Shown here: positions 51,646 through 61,764 of the stretch, piece by piece
Layout: each line of letters opens with the position of its first letter
Position numbering within the stretch: position 1 is the first letter of the stretch
NCBI GenBank assembly: GCA_963769025.1
Contig: CAVYKI010000006.1
Span: forward strand, 192,001-256,000
DNA length: 64,000 nucleotides
Direction of reading: 5' to 3'
Origin: an uncultured Verrucomicrobiae bacterium
Lineage (GTDB): Bacteria > Verrucomicrobiota > Verrucomicrobiia > Chthoniobacterales > Chthoniobacteraceae
Made by a program: the position numbers and the translations under genes
The notes under the pieces: model-generated
Databases searched by the model: none
What the model was told of the DNA's origin: nothing
The model's input: only the letters and a program-made list of their open reading frames with translations

Positions 51646-54600
51646 ATGCATCGTGCCCTCAAAAAGAAGATTTACGCCGGAATCGCGGTGGCGCTCGCCG
51701 TCTTTGCGCTGACGGCGATTGTCGCGATCTGGCACATGGCGAAGGTGCGCGAGGCGCGGGTGCTGGGATTCGTGACCGTGTTCGGGAGCATCACCTACTC
51801 GCTCTTGCTCGGCTGCGCGCTCGTGCTGATGCGGAGCGGGACGCGGGCGCGGAGGGAGGTCGAGAGCGGGCTGCGCGACGCGGAGGAACTGAACGGGAGC
51901 ATGATCGAAAGCAGCACGGATTGCATCGCGCTGCTCGATGCACAGGGGCGGCTGAAGGTGGTCAATTCGGCGATGTGGCGGTGGATCGAGGACATCGGAC
52001 TCCAGCCGGTGGAGGGTCTGCCTTGGGTGGAGACGTGGGCCGGCGAGCCGCGGGTCGCCGCGGAATCCGTGATGAAGGCCGCAGCCTCGGGGAAGGTCGG
52101 GAGATTCCAAGGCCTGTGCCACGTCCGCTCCGGCGAGGGGCGCTGGTACGATGTGGTGGTGACCCCGGTCTGTGATGGGAAAGGGCGACCAGAGCGGATT
52201 CTCGTCGTGTCGCGGGATGTGACGGCGAGCCATTCATCCGAGGAAAAATTCCGCGTCCTGTTTGACCAGTCGGCGCATGCACATTTCATCTTCGATGCAA
52301 ACCACGTGGTGGCTTGCAACCAGGCGGCTGCCGAAATGCTGGGCTTTGCCGGCATGCCGGAACTGACCGGCACGGATGTCGCCGCGCTTTCGCCGGAGCT
52401 GCAGCCGGATGGTTCGCTCTCGGAGGTCAAGCGCACGGAGATCTGGGACCTCGTCCGCGAGATCGGGCATTTCCGCTACGAGTGGCAGGCGCGCAAATCC
52501 GACGGGCGGGAATTGCCCGTGGAGATCGCGATCACGCCGGTGTGGGCGGATGGCCGCGAGGTGCTGCTCGCGGTGTGGAGCGACCTCACCGAGCGCCGGC
52601 TGTCTGAGAATCTGCTGCGCGAGAGCGAGCAGCGTTTCGAGGCGTTCATGGAGCACAGCCCGACGCTCTGCTTCATGAAGGACGATCAGGGCCGGATGCT
52701 GTTCGTCAACCGCGTCATGGCGAAGGCGTTCGGAGCGCCAGTCGAGCAGATGGTCGGCAAGAATGACTTCGACTGGCTCCCGCCCGAGACGGCGCGGGCG
52801 GTGATGGAATACGACCGGAGCATTTTGCAGAGCAACCGCGCGTCCAAGCAGGTGGAGATGATCACGACGAGTGACGGCCTCACGCACGAGTGGCTGGTCG
52901 TGAAATTCCCCATGGTCGGTCCGGACGGGCGCAGGTTCCTCGGCGGGATCGGCGTGGACGTGCGCGAGCAGCGGAAGACGGAGCGCGCGCTCAAGCGGAG
53001 CGAATCCACATTCCGCGATCTTTTCGACGATGCGCCCGTCGCCTACTACGAACTCGACACGGAGGGGCGGCTCGCGCGCGTCAACAAGACCGAACTCGAG
53101 ATGCTTGGCTATTCCGCCGGCGAGATGGTCGGCCATTACATCTGGGAATTCGTGGTCGGGGAGGACTTCCGCGACTATATCGCGTGGCGGGTGAGGGACG
53201 AGGCCGAGATCGGCGAGCCGTATCAGCGCGAGTTCCGCCGCAAGGATGGAAGTGTGTTCCCGGTGCTGGTGCGCGACAGCCTGATCCGGGATCCCGCCGG
53301 TGTCGTGACCGGACTGCGGGCGACGATGCAGGACATCAGCGAACTGAAGCGGACCGAGGCTTCGCTGCGCGCTGCGGAGGAGAATTACCGGAAAATCTTC
53401 GAGAATGCGATCGAGGGGATTTTTCAGATCAGTCCGGATGGCCGTTTCCGGAATGCGAACCCGGCGCTTGCAGGGATCCTCGGCTATCCCTCGCCGTCGG
53501 AACTGCTCGCCGAAGTGGGCGACATCGGCGGGCAGATCTACGTGCAGCCTGCGCAGTGGGCGGAATTCCGCGCGGTGATGGAACGCAGCGCCTCGATTGC
53601 GCAGTTCGAATGTGAGATGCGCCGCCGGGACGGCTCGGTGATCTGGGTGTCGAAGCACGCGAGGCCCGTGTGCGACGCGGACGGAAAGGTCGTCTATTAC
53701 GAGGGCGCGATGGAAAACATCACCGCCCGGCGGCAGGCGGAGACGGCGATGGCGGGCGCGCGCGATTCCGCCATCGAGTCCGCGCGGCTCAAGACGGAGT
53801 TCCTCGCGAACATGAGCCACGAAATTCGCACACCGATGAATGGCATCATCGGCATGACCGGGCTGCTGCTCGACACGGAGCTGTCCGCGAGGCAGCGGGA
53901 TTTTGCCGAGACGATCGTGGACAGCTCCGAGGCGCTGCTGAAGATCATCAATGACATCCTCGACTTCTCGAAGATCGAGGCCGGGATGCTGACGTTTGAG
54001 GAGATCGACTTTGACGTGAACAATGTCGCGGAGAGCGTCGTGGATCTTTTCGCCGGCCGCGCTTTGACGAAGGGCATCGAGCTCTCGCTGGTCGTCGCGG
54101 ACGGAGTGCCCGAGGTGCTCACTGGCGACCCGGGCCGGCTGCGGCAGGTGCTTTCGAACCTCGTCGGCAATGCGTTGAAATTCACCGAGCAGGGCGAAGT
54201 CCGCGTGATGATCCGCACCGAGAAGGAGCAGTCCGGAGAGACGATGCTGCATTTCGAGGTGATGGACACGGGCATCGGAATCTCCCGCGAGCAGCAGGCA
54301 CGGCTTTTCCAAGCGTTTGTGCAGGCCGACGGATCGACGACTCGACGGTACGGCGGCACCGGCCTGGGGCTCGCGATCAGCCGCAGGCTGGTTTCCCAGA
54401 TGGGCGGTGAGATATGGATCGACAGTGAGCCCGGTCGCGGTTCGCGGGTGTTTTTTACCGGGGCCTTTCGGAACGCGGAGGATGTGCGCGTGCAGCAGCT
54501 GTCGCCATTCCCGGGCGCGAGGGCGCTCACCGTCGGCCCGGCCTGCGGCGGTAGCGTGCTTTCGGGGTTGTTCGAATCCTGGGACGTCAAGGCGGAGCAC

Positions 54601-55732
54601 GCCGAGGATGGGGCTCGTGCGATGGAAGCGCTGTGTGCAGCAGAACGGCGCGGCTCGCAGTTCGACCTGGTAGTCTTTGGCGTCGATGTGGGGAGCGGGA
54701 GCGACATGGCGTTCTCCCGGAAGATTCGCGACGACGCGCGATATTCGGGAGTCCGGCTGGTGCGCGTGGTTCCGCTGAACAAGAGCGAGGATGGCGCTGG
54801 CTGTGGTGACGCAAGGGCGGATGGGGAGATTGCAAAACCGATCAAGCACCGCAGCGTCCATCGCTGCCTGGAGAGTGTGCTGAAGTCAGGACTTTCCAAA
54901 GCCGCGCCCGCGGCGTCGGCCTCGACGGCGGTTTCCGAAACGCACGCCGACGCTTCGTGCCGCGCGCTGCGTGTGCTCGTGGCGGAGGACAGCGCGGTGA
55001 ATCAAAAGGTCGTGCAGTTCCAGCTCCGGAAGCTGGGGTGCAAGGTGGACGCAGTGACCGACGGCGAGGAGGCCGTTCGGGCGGTCCGGAAGCGCTCCTA
55101 TGACGTGGTCCTGATGGATTGCCAGATGCCGAAACTGGATGGATGGGAGACGGCCCGACTGATTCGCGAGTTCGAAAAAGGCCGGAAGCGCCGGACGTGG
55201 ATTATCGCGATGACTGCACATTCCCTTGTGGGTGATAGGGAGCGGTGTATGGAAGCCGGTATGGATGACTACCTGAGCAAGCCAGTGCGCTTCGGCGATC
55301 TCGGGAGCGGCGCTGGAAAGGAGCCCGGCCGCGTGCCGGGCCATTTCCAAAAATGCCGCGCATGCGCCGGAAAACGTCGTCTGCCAGGAGAGGATCGGGA
55401 GTTTCCGGCAGCTCGAGGCGGAGACCGGCCAATCCGTGCTGGTGAGTGTGATCGACCTCTTCATCGAGCGCACCCCGCCGATGTTCAAGGAGGCCAGGAA
55501 GGCCGTGAAGGGCAACGACGCGCCACGGATCGCACGCCTCGCACATACGATGAAGGGCAGTTGCAGCAATTTTGGGGCGCACCGGATGCTGGCGGCCTGT
55601 GAGCGGCTGGAAGCGGCGGCGCTCGGCGAAGGCAGCCGGGACGCGATGGAGCAAATGATCGGGGAGATCGAGCGCGAGTTTGGATCCGTCCGCACGGCGC
55701 TGGAAAACGAACTGGAGATGGAATCCGCATGA
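51646..55732 (+). CDS. Multi-PAS hybrid histidine kinase (2 TM, about 5 PAS, HisKA, HATPase, degenerate REC, REC, HPt); indels near 55300-55400
   Basis: FLANMSHEIRTPMNG, NLVGNALKFT, DTGIG, GGTGLGL, VLMDCQMPKLDG, HPt AHTMKGS. Confidence 0.95.
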
Positions 55733-56296
55733 AAATTCTGATCGCCGAGGACGACGCCGTTTCCTCCAAAATGCTCCAGCTCGCGCTGGAGAGCGCCGGG
55801 CACTCCGTCATCGTCACCGACTGCGGCGAGACGGCATGGGAGGCATTCAATGCGGAACCCGTGCGCGTCATCGTGAGCGACTGGATGATGCCCGGCATGG
55901 ACGGTCTCGATTTCTGCAAGAAGGTCCGCGCGCGACCCGAAGACGGACTATACGTACTTCATCCTGCTCACCGCGATCCACACGGGCCGCGAGAATCTCC
56001 GCAAGGCGATGGACGCGGGCGTGGACGATTTCCTGGCAAAGCCGCTCGACCGCGAGGCGATCATGATGCGCTTGCGCGTCGCCGAGCGCATCGTCGAGTT
56101 TGCCACGCAGCTCCGGCAGCTAAAGGAGCTGCTGCCGATCTGCATGTACTGCAAAAAAATTCGCGACGACGAAAACTACTGGCACGCCGTGGAGAGCTAC
56201 ATCTCGCAGCAGACGGGCAGCAATTTCAGCCACGGCATCTGCCCGGAGTGTTTTGAGAAGCACGTGAAGTTCCGGCGCCCGCAAGCGGCGACCTAG
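55729..56296 (+). CDS. Response regulator: REC domain plus Cys-rich C-terminal domain (indel near 55945)
   Basis: ILIAEDD, SDWMMPGMDG, DFLAKP; LLPICMYCKKIRDD..YW..FSHGICPEC. Confidence 0.92.
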
Positions 56297-56309
56297 CGCG
56301 CCGCACCTT

Positions 56310-57653
56310 TCAAGGCGCGAGACGGCCGCTTTCGAGGAGCGTTCGCCAGCACTCGGTGAAGCCGGTCGCGAAATCCTTCGGTCGCGCGTCGATCCAGCGC
56401 TGTATCTGGGGGATGGAAAAGAATGCGCCGCATTCGATTTCCGCCGGCGGCAGACGGAAGGGGCCTTCGTGCCTCGCCTTGTAGATTTTTACAAACTCCC
56501 ACCCGGTCTCGCGGCACGCGGGCACATCGCCGACGGGTTCGAGCGGCGCGGAGATGCCGAGTTCCTCATCAAGTTCGCGCGGTGCAGTCGTGTCACAGTC
56601 GTCGCCGGCATTCACGTGCCCCGCGGCGCTGCTGTCCCAGCGGCGCGGGTGCGCGTCCTTCCACCGCGAGCGGCGCTGGAGAAAGAGTTCGCCGCGTTTG
56701 TTGAAGACGAAGATGTGGATCGCGCGGTGACGCAGTTTCTCCCGGTGAACGACTCCGCGCGGCTGTTGGCCTACGACGCGGTTTTCCTCATCCACGACGT
56801 CGAACATCTCGCCGGTCACATCCTGTGCGCCGGCGCTGATGTCGCCGGTAACACCCGCGACGAGATTCGTGAGCGCGACCCAGTGGGCCAGGGTGAGTTC
56901 TTCCGCGCGCGCAGTCACGGACACACCGAGTGCTGCGGCAAATTCCTCCCAGCGGTCGAGCTGCAGCATCTTGCGGAGCTGCTTTCGGCGCTGGCTGAAT
57001 CCGCGCTTCACGAGCTCGCGATAGAGCGCGCCGTCGCATTCCGGCAGCGAGTCGTCCTCGCGCGGCGTGAGGAGCACGACCGAGGAGCCGACTTTCGGGA
57101 CCGGTGTGAAAACTTGCGGCGGCAGGTGGCGGAGCAATTTTGCCTGCCAGCGGCGGCCGATGAGGACGGTGAGCGCGCCGTACTCGCCGGTGCCGGACTT
57201 TGCGCACAGCCGCTCGGCGAGTTCGCGCTGCAGCGTGATGACGATCCGGCTCGCGGCGCTCGGTTCCGCGGTGAACTGAAACAGCAACTGGCTGGAGATG
57301 TAGTAGGGGAGGTTGCCGAAGATGGGCAGCGGCCCGCGCCAGAAGAGCTCGCGAGGATCGAAGTCCAGCGCGTTGCCGTGGACGAGTTCGACGGTCGGAA
57401 AATGTTCGCGGAGCCACGGCGCGAAGCGGTCGTCTTTTTCCAGCAGGATTCCATGCGGCGAAATCTCCACCGCGAACTCCGTCAGCGCGCCGAGCCCCGG
57501 TCCGATCTCCACCCACGGCTTGCCGGGTTCGATTCCCGCCTGCTCGACGATCCAGCGAGCGAGATTCTGATCGTGGAGAAAATTCTGCCCGAGGCTTTGC
57601 GTGGGTCGCGTGCCGAGTTCGGCGAGCGTCGCGGCGATGGTCGAGAGCTTCAT
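56310..57653 (-). CDS. rsmA: 16S rRNA m6,2A dimethyltransferase RsmA/KsgA fused to a C-terminal Nudix hydrolase
   Basis: LGQNFL, EIGPGLGALT, GNLPYYISS, PVPKVGS, FSQRRKQL, RAEEL; then GHVNAGDDCDTTAPRELDEELGI. Confidence 0.95.
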   Translation of the reverse strand: MKLSTIAATLAELGTRPTQSLGQNFLHDQNLARWIVEQAGIEPGKPWVEIGPGLGALTEFAVEISPHGILLEKDDRFAPWLREHFPTVELVHGNALDFDPRELFWRGPLPIFGNLPYYISSQLLFQFTAEPSAASRIVITLQRELAERLCAKSGTGEYGALTVLIGRRWQAKLLRHLPPQVFTPVPKVGSSVVLLTPREDDSLPECDGALYRELVKRGFSQRRKQLRKMLQLDRWEEFAAALGVSVTARAEELTLAHWVALTNLVAGVTGDISAGAQDVTGEMFDVVDEENRVVGQQPRGVVHREKLRHRAIHIFVFNKRGELFLQRRSRWKDAHPRRWDSSAAGHVNAGDDCDTTAPRELDEELGISAPLEPVGDVPACRETGWEFVKIYKARHEGPFRLPPAEIECGAFFSIPQIQRWIDARPKDFATGFTECWRTLLESGRLAP

Positions 57654-57663
57654 GCCGCGCGTG

Positions 57664-58137
57664 CTAGAGCGCGGCGCGCAGGAGGCCGGTGTGCTCCGCG
57701 GGTTTCACCTTGCGGAGGATGGCTTTGATTTTCCCGTCGTCCCCGATCACGAAGGTCGTGCGTTCCGTGCCCATGTATTTTTTCCCGTACATGCTTTTCT
57801 CGACCCACACGCCGTAGTCGCCGACGATCTTTTTCGCCTCGTCCACGAGGAGAGGGAAGGGCAGCGAATGTTTTTCGATGAATTTCGCGTGGCTCTTCGC
57901 GGAATCCGGGCTCACGCCGAAGATCTCCGCCTTGCCGTCGAAATCCTGCCACTCGTCCCGCAGCGCGCAGGCCTGCGTGGTGCAGCCGGGCGTGTCGTCC
58001 TTCGGGTAAAAGTAGAGCACCACGACCCTGCCCGCGAAGTCCGCGAGCGAGACGTTTTTTCCCGCGCCGAATCTGCCGCCGACCGCGACCGTGCTGAATG
58101 CCGGGGCTGCGTCGCCGACCTGGAGTTCTGTGCTCAT
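57664..58137 (-). CDS. bcp: Peroxiredoxin BCP/PrxQ
   Basis: YFYPKDDTPGCTTQAC, GVSPD, ERTTFVI. Confidence 0.95.
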   Translation of the reverse strand: MSTELQVGDAAPAFSTVAVGGRFGAGKNVSLADFAGRVVVLYFYPKDDTPGCTTQACALRDEWQDFDGKAEIFGVSPDSAKSHAKFIEKHSLPFPLLVDEAKKIVGDYGVWVEKSMYGKKYMGTERTTFVIGDDGKIKAILRKVKPAEHTGLLRAAL

Positions 58138-58170
58138 GCTTCTGTTCCCGTGCGAGGTGTCTGGAAATGC

Positions 58171-58201
58171 AAAGGGGCCTGCCCGGTTGCGGACAGGCCC
58201 C
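58171..58201 (-). terminator. Probable intrinsic terminator after the AhpE-like peroxiredoxin
   Basis: Minus strand GGGGCCTGTCCG-CAAC-CGGGCAGGCCCC-TTT (short U-tract). Confidence 0.6.
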
Positions 58202-58216
58202 GATGAAAGTGGCCCG

Positions 58217-58696
58217 CTATTTCAGCTCCGTGAGCTTCGCCTTGATGGCTTCGAAGTTCGGCAGATCCTTCGGCGTTGCGGTCTGCTCGGCGTATTGCAC
58301 TACGCCGTTCTTATCGATGACGAACGCGGCGCGCGCGCTCGTGTCGCCGATGCCCGCGAGGCCTGGAAATTCCACGCCATAGGCTTTCGTCACGGCCTTG
58401 TTGAGGTCGCTGACCAGCGGCACGGTGATGCTCTTCGACTGCGCCCACGCCTCCTGCGCGAAGGGGCTGTCCACGCTCACGCCGATGATTTCGGCGTTCA
58501 GGCCGGTGAAGGCTTCGAGCCCTTGCGACACGTCGCAAAACTCCTGCGTGCAGACGCCCGTGAACGCGAGCGGAAAGAACAGCACGAGCGTGTTCTTCTT
58601 TCCGAAATTCGCGGAGAGCGTGATGTCCTTGAGGCCGTTGGCGTCTTTGGACTTGAGGGTGAAATCCGGGGCTTTGGTTCCGACTGCGATGGGCAT
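58217..58696 (-). CDS. AhpC/TSA family peroxiredoxin (AhpE-like)
   Basis: FFPLAFTGVCTQEFC, GVSVDSPF, RAAFVID. Confidence 0.92.
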   Translation of the reverse strand: MPIAVGTKAPDFTLKSKDANGLKDITLSANFGKKNTLVLFFPLAFTGVCTQEFCDVSQGLEAFTGLNAEIIGVSVDSPFAQEAWAQSKSITVPLVSDLNKAVTKAYGVEFPGLAGIGDTSARAAFVIDKNGVVQYAEQTATPKDLPNFEAIKAKLTELK

Positions 58697-58838
58697 GGGT
58701 GTGTGTTTGGTGAGGGTTGTCTGTGAAATGAGGAGCGGCTTGTAGTGCGCCGCGGCGTTGCGGGCAATCGCTGTTTTTGCGGGCGCACTTCCCGATTTCG
58801 CGTGACGCACACGGCGGTGTCACCTACATCGCGCCGCC

Positions 58839-59444
58839 ATGTCCCGACCGAATGCTCCCGGCTGGCTCGTGGTCGTCGAGGGAATCGATGGCGCGGGCAA
58901 AAGCACCGTCCTGCGCGGCCTCGCGGCGCATTGCACGGAGCGCGGGATGGAATGCGTGACCAGCGGCGAGCCGACGCGCGGACCGTGGGGGCTGAAGCTG
59001 CGGCAGAGCATGACGGAAGGCAGGCTGTCGCTCGACGAGGAGCTGGAACTTTTCCTGAAGGATCGCGCCGAGCATGTCGCGACGCTCATCCGTCCCGCGC
59101 TGGCGGCGGGCAGGGTCGTGCTGCTCGATCGCTACTACCTTTCCACCGCGGCCTACCAGGGCGCGCGCGGCGCGGACCCGGCGAAAATTTTGGAAATGAA
59201 TGAGCAGTTTGCGCCGCAGCCGGACCTGGTGCTGCTCTTGGATTTCGATCCGGATGGTGGCTTGGAGCGCATCCGCGCGCGTGGCGACGCGCCGAATACC
59301 TTCGAGGAAGCGGAGCAGTTGCGCGCGGTGCGGAAAATCTTCCTCGGGTTGGAGCGTCCCTTCATCCGCCGTGTGGATGCGGCGCGTCCCGCCGGAGAGG
59401 TTTTCTCCGAGTGCCGGGCGGAGTTGGATCGGCTCATTGCCTAA
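58839..59444 (+). CDS. tmk: Thymidylate kinase
   Basis: VEGIDGAGKST, EPT, DRAEH, LLDRYYLSTAAYQG, PDL. Confidence 0.96.
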   Translation: MSRPNAPGWLVVVEGIDGAGKSTVLRGLAAHCTERGMECVTSGEPTRGPWGLKLRQSMTEGRLSLDEELELFLKDRAEHVATLIRPALAAGRVVLLDRYYLSTAAYQGARGADPAKILEMNEQFAPQPDLVLLLDFDPDGGLERIRARGDAPNTFEEAEQLRAVRKIFLGLERPFIRRVDAARPAGEVFSECRAELDRLIA

Positions 59445-59484
59445 GCCGCTTGGCGCGTCGACGGATTCGGGTTAGTTGACGGCG

Positions 59485-60168
59485 ATGAGTAATGATTCCG
59501 CCATTCGAACACGCCTCGCCGAGGCGCGGCTCTACGGGATAATCGACCTTGGCTACGTGGCGGCGGATTCCGTCGGGGGCATCGCGGCGCAGTTGTGTGA
59601 GGGCGGGGTGGATGTGGTGCAGCTTCGGGGGAAGGGGAGGGAGGACCACGAGATCGAGGAGCTGGCGAATCGCGTCGCGCCCATCCTGCGCGATGCGGGC
59701 GTGCCGTTCATCATCAACGATCATCCGGAACTGGTGCCGAGTGTCGGCGCGGATGGTGCGCACGTGGGGCAGGATGATTTTTCCGTCGCCGACGCGCGCT
59801 GGCGCGCCGGTCGCGCGCTGGGGGGCGAGGTGCCGCTGCCGATCATCGGAAAGAGCACGCACTCGGTGGAGCAAGCCGTCGCCGCGGCAGCCGAGGGCGC
59901 GAACTACATCGGCTTCGGGCCGCTTTTTCCCACGCCGACGAAGGCGGGGCGCCCGGCGATCGGTCTCGCGGAGATCGCGCGGGTGCACACTCTCGTGAGC
60001 GTGCCGATTTTCTGCATCGGCGGAGTGAAGCTGGAGAATCTCGACACGGTGATCGCCGCCGGTGCGCGACGCGTGGTGATCGTGAGCGGGATCCTGCAGT
60101 CGGCGGATGTCGCGGGATATTGCCGCGAGGCAAAAGCGCGGCTGGACGCCGTGCCGCTGAGTGTGTAA
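59485..60168 (+). CDS. thiE: Thiamine-phosphate synthase
   Basis: VQLRGK, FIINDH, GAHVGQDD, GKSTH, FGPLFPTPTK, IGGV. Confidence 0.96.
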   Translation: MSNDSAIRTRLAEARLYGIIDLGYVAADSVGGIAAQLCEGGVDVVQLRGKGREDHEIEELANRVAPILRDAGVPFIINDHPELVPSVGADGAHVGQDDFSVADARWRAGRALGGEVPLPIIGKSTHSVEQAVAAAAEGANYIGFGPLFPTPTKAGRPAIGLAEIARVHTLVSVPIFCIGGVKLENLDTVIAAGARRVVIVSGILQSADVAGYCREAKARLDAVPLSV

Positions 60169-60237
60169 CTCGTCCGCCCTTCGCGCCCGAAAGGCATCGC
60201 GAAGATCGTCACACAAACCCTGCAACCACATCCTGCC

Positions 60238-61161
60238 ATGTCCGTCCTCGTCGTTGGTTCCGTCGCACTCGATACCGTCAAGACTCCCTTCGAGGAGCAC
60301 GCCGATCTGCTCGGCGGTTCTGCGAGTTACGCGGCGGTGGGCGTGTCGTTTTTCTCGCCGGTGAACATGGTCGGCATCGTCGGCGACGATTTTCCGACGA
60401 AGCACGTGGAGTTTTTCAAGTCGCGCAAGATCGACCTCGCCGGCCTGCAGATCGTGCCGGGCAAGACCTTCCGCTGGTCGGGCGAATACATGCTCGACAT
60501 GAATGTGCGCGAGACCCGCAGCGTGGACCTGAATGTGTTCGAGCATTTCACCCCGGTCCTCCCGCCGGACTACAAGCGGACGAAGCTCGCGCTGCTCGCG
60601 AACATCGGGCCGAACCTGCAAAACCACGTGCTCGATCAGCTGGAGAGCCCCGGCTTCGTCATCGCGGACACGATGGACCTGTGGATCAACATCGCGCTCG
60701 ACGAACTCAAGCGGCTGCTCAAGCGCGTGGACATGCTCATCCTGAACGACAGCGAGGCGCGCCAGCTCACGCAGCAGACGTCGCTCATCAAGGCCGGCCA
60801 GCAGATCCAGGCGATGGGGCCGAAATTCGTGGCGCTGAAGAAGGGCGAGCACGGCTGTCTGCTCTTCGGCGAAAATGGCGACTTTTTCTCATGCAGCGCC
60901 TACCCGCTGGAGGATGTGCATGACCCCACCGGCGCGGGCGACACCTTCGCCGGCGGCCTCGCGGGCCATCTTGCGGCGAACAGCAAGGGAGCCGTCACCT
61001 TCGCCGACCTGCGCCGGGCCGTGGTTTTCGGATCGGTGCTCGCGAGCTACAACGTCGAGCAGTTCAGCCTCGAACGGATGCGCACGCTGACAGACGCCGA
61101 CGTGGAGGCCCGCTACGAGAGTTTCAAGCTCTTCAGCCACTTCGAGGTCATCGAGGACTGA
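60238..61161 (+). CDS. PfkB-family carbohydrate/nucleoside kinase
   Basis: VGSVALD, LGGSASY, LNDSEA, KKGEHG, DPTGAGDTFAGG. Confidence 0.95.
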   Translation: MSVLVVGSVALDTVKTPFEEHADLLGGSASYAAVGVSFFSPVNMVGIVGDDFPTKHVEFFKSRKIDLAGLQIVPGKTFRWSGEYMLDMNVRETRSVDLNVFEHFTPVLPPDYKRTKLALLANIGPNLQNHVLDQLESPGFVIADTMDLWINIALDELKRLLKRVDMLILNDSEARQLTQQTSLIKAGQQIQAMGPKFVALKKGEHGCLLFGENGDFFSCSAYPLEDVHDPTGAGDTFAGGLAGHLAANSKGAVTFADLRRAVVFGSVLASYNVEQFSLERMRTLTDADVEARYESFKLFSHFEVIED

Positions 61162-61176
61162 GGGGCGCGGCTGCGA

Positions 61177-61764
61177 CTAGCTGCCGCCTGCCGGAGCGCG
61201 GGTAGCGTTGCCGAAGAATCCACCGACGCGGTCAGTGGTGATTTCCACGCGGGTTCCGCGTTGCACGTGGTCAAAGAGTTCGACGACGTCGCGGGATTTC
61301 ATGCGGATGCAGCCGTAGCTGACGGGGCGGCCGATGTTCCGTTCTTCGGGGGTGCCGTGAATGTAGATGCCGCGGGAAAGGGCCTTTGCGTTGTGCTTTT
61401 CGAGGCCGCGGAGCGGGAGGATGCGCGTGACGATGGGATCGCGTTCGGGCGCATTCACCGCGCAGATTTCGCCGGTCGGGCGGCAGCCGCGGAAGACCGC
61501 GCCGAGTTCGGCTTCGTGGCCGATTTTGTCGGCGATCTCAAACTGGCCGATCGGCGTGGCGTAGCTGCTGCGGGTGTCGCCGATTCCAAATTTCGAGGTG
61601 GAGACGCGGTAGGAGGCGACCTTTTGGCCGTTCGCATCGAACAGGTAGAGCCTTTGCTCGGCGATGCTGACCATGATGGTCGGACTGTCCGTGGCGAACG
61701 CGGACGGGATGACGATGGGGGCGTGGAGACTGAGGAGGACCGCGAGGAGGCGGCGCAGTCTCAT
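61177..61764 (-). CDS. L,D-transpeptidase (YkuD family), exported
   Basis: Signal peptide; VSIAEQRL, YRVSTS..TPIG, IYIHGT..SYGCIRM. Confidence 0.93.
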   Translation of the reverse strand: MRLRRLLAVLLSLHAPIVIPSAFATDSPTIMVSIAEQRLYLFDANGQKVASYRVSTSKFGIGDTRSSYATPIGQFEIADKIGHEAELGAVFRGCRPTGEICAVNAPERDPIVTRILPLRGLEKHNAKALSRGIYIHGTPEERNIGRPVSYGCIRMKSRDVVELFDHVQRGTRVEITTDRVGGFFGNATRAPAGGS

